DNA of 43,847 nucleotides from Collodictyon triciliatum (Eukaryota), in NCBI GenBank assembly GCA_043381765.1, contig JBHJMP010000929.1:1-43847 (forward strand). The letters run 5' to 3'. Within the stretch, counting starts at the first letter, position 1, and the number at the start of each line of letters is the position of its first letter. The notes under the pieces are model-generated. The model made no database searches. It was not told the DNA's origin and saw only the letters and a list, made by a program, of their open reading frames with translations. The translations under genes were made by a program, and so were the position numbers. Shown here piece by piece: positions 37,601-43,847 of the stretch.

Positions 37601-40600
37601 CACTCCACCGTTCCTTGATAGCAATATGGACTATGGAGACCGCCTAGATACGTTCCAATACACTGTGATTGATAGCAACGGACTCGCTGCCGCCATCGCC
37701 TCGGTGCCTATTGACGTGACCTACGTTGCACGCGAGCCCGCAATCACATCAAGTCCTTCAACCATCTCAATCCAGGAGCAACAGCAGCGCTTGACAACAT
37801 TGAGCACGAACGAAAGAGACGGACTACCAGTTACCGTCTTCATCGCAAGCATACCCACGAACGGGAAGTTGTACATCGCTAACGACCAAGGAGCACCCAC
37901 TGGAGCAGCCCTCGAAAACGGTCAAGTGATTGCCACTGACAGCTTCGGTGACACGACTACCCGCATCGTCTATGTTGCGCCCATTCCGCCATCTGTGTTT
38001 GTCTCTCTAGGGGCAAACAGAGATTCATACAAGATATCTTGCAAAAACAGTGGTGAGACCTCGACTGTAACAGTCAATGTTAATGTGGCTGACAGAAACT
38101 TTGCTCCCTTTGTCAGTGCGACTATTCCGACCGTTACCATCCAGTCCTCCCAAACCGCACAGACTGTGATATTCACCGTCAGTGGTGTCGACCCGGATTC
38201 AAACCCCATTAACGCTATTGTGACCAGTATCACAGCTATGCCTGGAGTGACCGCCACAAACGGTGATATCGCACTGGTTACCAACAGCCCACTCCTTAGA
38301 GCACCCACAGGCTCTAACACATGGCTTATCACTGTAAACGTTCCCGCTCTTACATTCGGTACAGTCGCAAGCATCGTTGTTGTCACCAGAGACTCCCTCC
38401 AGGCCACTTCAAACCCACTAACTCTCAGCCTTACCATCAACCGCGTCAACTTCGCTCCAGTAGCAACAACCACAACCATACCAGAATGCGATGAAGACAG
38501 CTTTGTCGACATTCAGTTGAGAGGCCAGGATGACAACCAAGACGCCATCACTGCATACATATCTCAGCTGCCTTCCATCGGCACCCTCACATATGGCGGG
38601 GCAGCAGTCACAACAAGCACACCTCTTGTGATGACGAATGGCGCGACCACCATCCGATATACACCACCGCTGCTGAATGACGGGAGGCCGCTGACAACAT
38701 TCCGATACTATGTGAATGACGGACAGCTTCGATCGAATGAGCAGACACTTGCAATCAACGTCAACCATGTCAATCATGCACCCACAGCAGTCACACAGAC
38801 TCCAGTATCAACAAACCTTAACACTGCAGCGTCTATTGTTATCAAGGGACAGGACGTGGACGCAGGAGATACACTGACTTTCAAGGTCACGAGTCTACCT
38901 ACCACTGTGGGCTCACCGCTTTCCATGGACAACATGCCAATCACGGCAGGCACAGTCTATCCGCTGACATCAGCTGGCGCCACTCTGACATACACACCTG
39001 CTCAGAACCGACACTACACTGATCAAATTACCGTACAAGTCAGCGACAATAGCCAGGCGACCGACACCAAGGCTGTCCCGATAGTGGTGAACTATGTCAA
39101 CATCGCGCCTGTAGCTCAAGCCCTTAGCGTCACCACAGATGAGGACAAGTCGGTGACCATCACATTATTGGCGACCGATGCGAATATTCCAGCTGAAAAC
39201 CTGAAGTACACCATCCGCACTCTTCCGACAAAGGGCACGCTGTCTTTTGAGGGGAAGGCGATTACGACTGTACCGTTTTCACTTGGGTCGTCGACAAGGG
39301 TAAGCTTCTTGAACTCACTGTACTCGTTTGGAGACCCATACGCAAGCTTCACCTACACGGCCAACGACGGAAAGGCAGACTCTGTATCTGTGACAGTGAC
39401 CATATCGGTCAACCATGTTAACCACGCGCCTGTGAGCACAATATCCTCCAATCCCCTCCTTACCAACCGATATACGCCGGTCACTTTCACTGTTACACCA
39501 AACGACTTTGATGCCAACAACCAAGTTCGAGTGAAATTTGCCATACCAAACAACTTCCTCGGTGTGTTGTCAATCAATGGTGCAGCTATATCTAATGGAT
39601 ATGAGACACCAATGGGTGCTGTCCTTAACCCAATCACGCTTGTGTACACCCCCCCTGCTGCTGGAGCCACACCAGACTATGGAACTGGACTCGATACATT
39701 CCAGTACACGGTGATTGACAATCAACTCGCAACAACATTAGTGACAGTCCCCATTAACGTCGCCTTTGTTGCGAGAAACCCAACCATTTCTTCGAATCCA
39801 TCCTCTGTATCCATCCAAGAACAGGAGCAGAAGATTACTACCATCAGCACAAGTGACCCTGATAATCTCCCTGTCTCATTGATTGTATCAAGCATCCCAG
39901 CGAACGGAAAATTGTACCTTACCAATACACTCGGGCAAGTAACTGGAGACGCTCTTCGAAATGGACAACTGTTAGCCACGGGTAGCCAGGGTAGTTCGTC
40001 TGTTCAAATTATTTACGTTGCGCCCATTCCACCATCTGCACTTGTGTCTCTTGGAGCTAACTCTGATACATACACCATAATGAGCCAAAACAGCGGCAAG
40101 AGCTCGACTGTTACAGTCAATGTTAATGTGGCTGACAGAAACTTTGCTCCCTTCGTCAGTGCAACAAACCCATCCGTAACCATCCAGTCCTCCCAAACCG
40201 CACAGACTGTGATATTCACCGTCAGTGGTGTCGACCCGGATTCAAACCCCATTAACGCTATTGTGACCAGTATTACATCGAAGGATGTTGTCATCACAAA
40301 CGGTGGTAGCGCACTGGCCACCAACAGCCCACTCCTTAGAACACCCACAGGCTCTAACACATGGCTTATCACTGTAAACGTTCCCGCTCTGACATTCGGT
40401 GCAGTCGCAAGCATCGTTGTTGTCACCAGAGACTCCCTCCAGGCCAGTTCAAGCCCACTAACTCTCAGCCTTACCATCAACCGCGTCAACTTCGCTCCAG
40501 TGGCAACAACTACAACCACACCAGATTGCGATGAAGACAGCTTCGTCGACATTCAGTTGAGAGGCCAGGATGACAACCAAGACGCCATCACTGCATACAT

Positions 40601-40685
40601 TTCTCAGCTGCCTTCCATCGGCACCCTCACATATGGCGGGGCAGCAGTCACAACAAGCACACCTCTTGTGATGACGAATGGCGCG
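34683..40685 (+). CDS. Giant secreted adhesin-like protein, N-terminal part: signal peptide, DUF4114-like domain, tandem bacterial Ig/cadherin-like (Big_9/tandem-95-like) modules
   Basis: ~2000 uninterrupted codons. Signal peptide MTVSLLMAIGLLYYVVPVLG; EGAGLRNSLGYF, GFFLIANG, IGFEDLYNLGDADYNDVIF; repeated NxAP...DxD.D.L...LP..G.L...Y.P...F.Y.V.D modules. Confidence 0.9.
36713..40685 (+). repeat. Intragenic tandem duplication, period ~2040-2046 bp (six modules)
   Basis: gatcaaatta..gacaccaaggctg at 36975 and 39021; atgacgaatggcgcg at 38631 and 40671. Confidence 0.93.
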
Positions 40686-41683
40686 NNNNNNNNNNNNNNN
40701 NNNNNNNNNNNNNNNNNNNNNNNNNNNNNNNNNNNNNNNNNNNNNNNNNNNNNNNNNNNNNNNNNNNNNNNNNNNNNNNNNNNNNNNNNNNNNNNNNNNN
40801 NNNNNNNNNNNNNNNNNNNNNNNNNNNNNNNNNNNNNNNNNNNNNNNNNNNNNNNNNNNNNNNNNNNNNNNNNNNNNNNNNNNNNNNNNNNNNNNNNNNN
40901 NNNNNNNNNNNNNNNNNNNNNNNNNNNNNNNNNNNNNNNNNNNNNNNNNNNNNNNNNNNNNNNNNNNNNNNNNNNNNNNNNNNNNNNNNNNNNNNNNNNN
41001 NNNNNNNNNNNNNNNNNNNNNNNNNNNNNNNNNNNNNNNNNNNNNNNNNNNNNNNNNNNNNNNNNNNNNNNNNNNNNNNNNNNNNNNNNNNNNNNNNNNN
41101 NNNNNNNNNNNNNNNNNNNNNNNNNNNNNNNNNNNNNNNNNNNNNNNNNNNNNNNNNNNNNNNNNNNNNNNNNNNNNNNNNNNNNNNNNNNNNNNNNNNN
41201 NNNNNNNNNNNNNNNNNNNNNNNNNNNNNNNNNNNNNNNNNNNNNNNNNNNNNNNNNNNNNNNNNNNNNNNNNNNNNNNNNNNNNNNNNNNNNNNNNNNN
41301 NNNNNNNNNNNNNNNNNNNNNNNNNNNNNNNNNNNNNNNNNNNNNNNNNNNNNNNNNNNNNNNNNNNNNNNNNNNNNNNNNNNNNNNNNNNNNNNNNNNN
41401 NNNNNNNNNNNNNNNNNNNNNNNNNNNNNNNNNNNNNNNNNNNNNNNNNNNNNNNNNNNNNNNNNNNNNNNNNNNNNNNNNNNNNNNNNNNNNNNNNNNN
41501 NNNNNNNNNNNNNNNNNNNNNNNNNNNNNNNNNNNNNNNNNNNNNNNNNNNNNNNNNNNNNNNNNNNNNNNNNNNNNNNNNNNNNNNNNNNNNNNNNNNN
41601 NNNNNNNNNNNNNNNNNNNNNNNNNNNNNNNNNNNNNNNNNNNNNNNNNNNNNNNNNNNNNNNNNNNNNNNNNNNNNNNNNNN

Positions 41684-43847
41684 ACCGAGAGCGAAGGAGT
41701 CAATCCTGACTATGGAAATGAGTACGGCAGTGTCAGTTTTGTAGTTTTTGACAATGCTGATAGCGCAAACTCACAGTCTTCCACCGCAGTCACAGTTAAC
41801 ATCCGGTTTATATCTCGCAAACCGTCAGCTCACAGCGACTCGAATGTGATTAATGTGCAAGAGCGTGAGTCGGGCAGTGTGACCATCAGTGGAAGCGATA
41901 AAGACAATCTCGAGGTCACCCTTGTTTTGAAGAGCGCACCGCCCGCAGGGTCACTGTTCTTGCCAGGAAACGCCACAGCCTTGTCAAATGGAGATGTCAT
42001 CGGCAAGGGCGTGTCACCAAGTGTCACACTCAAATATGTCACACCACAACCATCAAGCGTGTACTCATCAACTGGAGCAGAGAGCGAGTCCTTCACGTTT
42101 TCAGCCAGCAATGGTGACAAATCAGCGGATAGCAAGGTGGACATCAGCATCAAGGATGTCAACTTTGCACCGTTTGTGTTTGCGACTGAAGAAAATGTCA
42201 CCACACCTGATTCACAATCAATCAGAACTGTTACATTTGTCTTAAGTGGAGTCGACCCGGATAGTGATGTCATCAATGCTTACATTATCAGCCACACAAA
42301 TACTCAAATTAAGCTCCAGCAAGACGGCCAAGATATCGACATCACTCAGCCTCTGAAAAAGACAACCGATGGACTTTGGAAGTTCGATGTTGTTGTGCCA
42401 GCTCTGTATGTCGGTGAGGTCGATAGAATCAAGGTGTACACACAAGACCCGCTCGGACTCAAGTCCAGCGACCTGGAGCTTGTGGTGAGAACCTCGTATG
42501 TCAACTTTGCACCTATCGCCACTACAACTAGCATTCCTGCATTTGATGAAGACCAATCGGTGACATTTGCACTGAGTGCAAAGGACGACAACAAGAACGA
42601 CACATTGAGTGTATTCATCAGCAGCCTACCAAGCATCGGCATCCTCAGCGACTCTGACGGAAATGAGATTGTATCAAACAGCACGGCGATAAGCGGAGGA
42701 GCAAACAGAGAGTGGACATTGACATACACACCGCCGAAGTATACGTTCGGCAGTCCGCTGACATCGATTCGCTACTATGTGAGCGATGGAAACTCTCAGT
42801 CGGCCGAGCAAACCCTATCTATCTTCGTCAATCATGTCAACCACGCACCTGAAGCCTCTGCTCAAACTCTCGTATACTTATATGAAAACTCCTTCTCAGA
42901 AATGACTCTGATCGGAAATGACGTGGACAAATTTGACAATTTAACTATTCACTTCAGCAGCATCCCGTCATCTGTAGAGTCACTTGGCTCAGAGTTTATA
43001 CTTGTCTCTTCAAATAAGGCAATCACGACTAATGAGACCTACGCACTTCCACGCGAAGGAGTCAAGGTCAGATTCGCACCACCGAAGTTCCGATTCTTCA
43101 ACGATAGCTTCACATTTGAGGTGAATGACGGACAATACAGCTCGTCCTTGACAGTGAAGCTGACGACTCTCGACCTGAACCATGCGCCAGTCGGCTACTC
43201 TCAGACGCCTGACATGGACGAAGACGGAGAGCTCCTGATTACGCTATCGGGCGACGATGAGGACATACCTGAAGACACGCTTAGCTATCGCATATCTTCA
43301 CTACCTAGTCGAGGTGACCTGTACGACGGAAACGTCACAGTGACAGATGGTTATGAGCTTAGAGGTAACACAGTGACCTTCAGGCCACCAAAGATTACCT
43401 ACGGCACTCCATACACATCGTTCACTTATACCGTGTTCGACGGTAAGACGTCATCGACCAAGCAGTCCATCATCATCAATGTCCGTCACATCAACCATGC
43501 ACCGACCATCAGCACATCATCATCTTCTATCACCATCGACCGATACGGACAAGGAAGCTTTGTCGTAGGAGCACGAGACGTCGACTTGATGGACACCATA
43601 TCTCTTCGTGTTGTGATTCCTTCACTGAAAGGCAAGGTTATGTACAACGGAAGTCAAGTGAGCGACGGAGATGTTCTTGAGTACTCTGAGACATCACTGA
43701 CAGAGACCTTCACGTATGTCGGACCCACCGAGAGCGAAGGAGTCAATCCTGACTATGGAAATGAGTACGGCAGTGTCAGTTTTGTAGTTTTTGACAATGC
43801 TGATAGCGCAAACTCACAGTCTTCCACCGCAGTCACAGTTAACATCC
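41684..43847 (+). CDS. Continuation of the giant adhesin (or a paralogue) after the 998-N gap; open to the window end
   Basis: Frame from 41684 reads TESEGVNPDYGNEYG...KDVNFAP...SYVNFAP...VNHVNHAP...LNHAP...INHAP, the same six-module order. The ORF-track stop at 41744 is a gap-length frame artefact. Confidence 0.85.

Noticed and set aside
40648-41744. Poly-X ORFs and the apparent adhesin stop at 41744
   Set aside because: Artefacts of the 998-N gap; the true post-gap frame starts at 41684.

Overview
Eukaryotic genomic window, probably from a protist (inferred from many short spliceosomal introns and microsatellites; two N-gaps). The left third is transposon-rich. It holds the 3' end of a non-LTR element (1-~350) and a decayed L1/Tx1-like LINE (~3.7-8.15 kb). 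The LINE is truncated by a minus-strand Ty3/Gypsy chromovirus (8148-13466) with 244-bp LTRs, PBS, PPT and a 1499-aa gag-pol; one in-frame TGA cuts off its chromodomain. The middle has an intron-rich coiled-coil gene (+) and a large multi-exon receptor-like gene (-) with FG-GAP repeats, a ~355-aa (SRSx)n stalk, Ig/EGF/Calx-beta/IPT/Cys-rich domains and several TM helices. The main find is an 8-exon gene that fuses an acireductone-dioxygenase-like cupin lacking its metal His ligands to a complete 3-hydroxyanthranilate 3,4-dioxygenase. It is followed directly by a 12-exon stand-alone tryptophan synthase beta gene, a possible indole->Trp->NAD mini-cluster. The right end has an orphan first exon of a Polo-like kinase, then a giant intronless, bacterial-style secreted adhesin with a DUF4114/LecB-like Ca2+ tip and Ig/cadherin-like modules in ~680-aa six-module super-repeats, partly collapsed in the assembly. 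All calls come from manual translation and recalled motifs; no searches were run.
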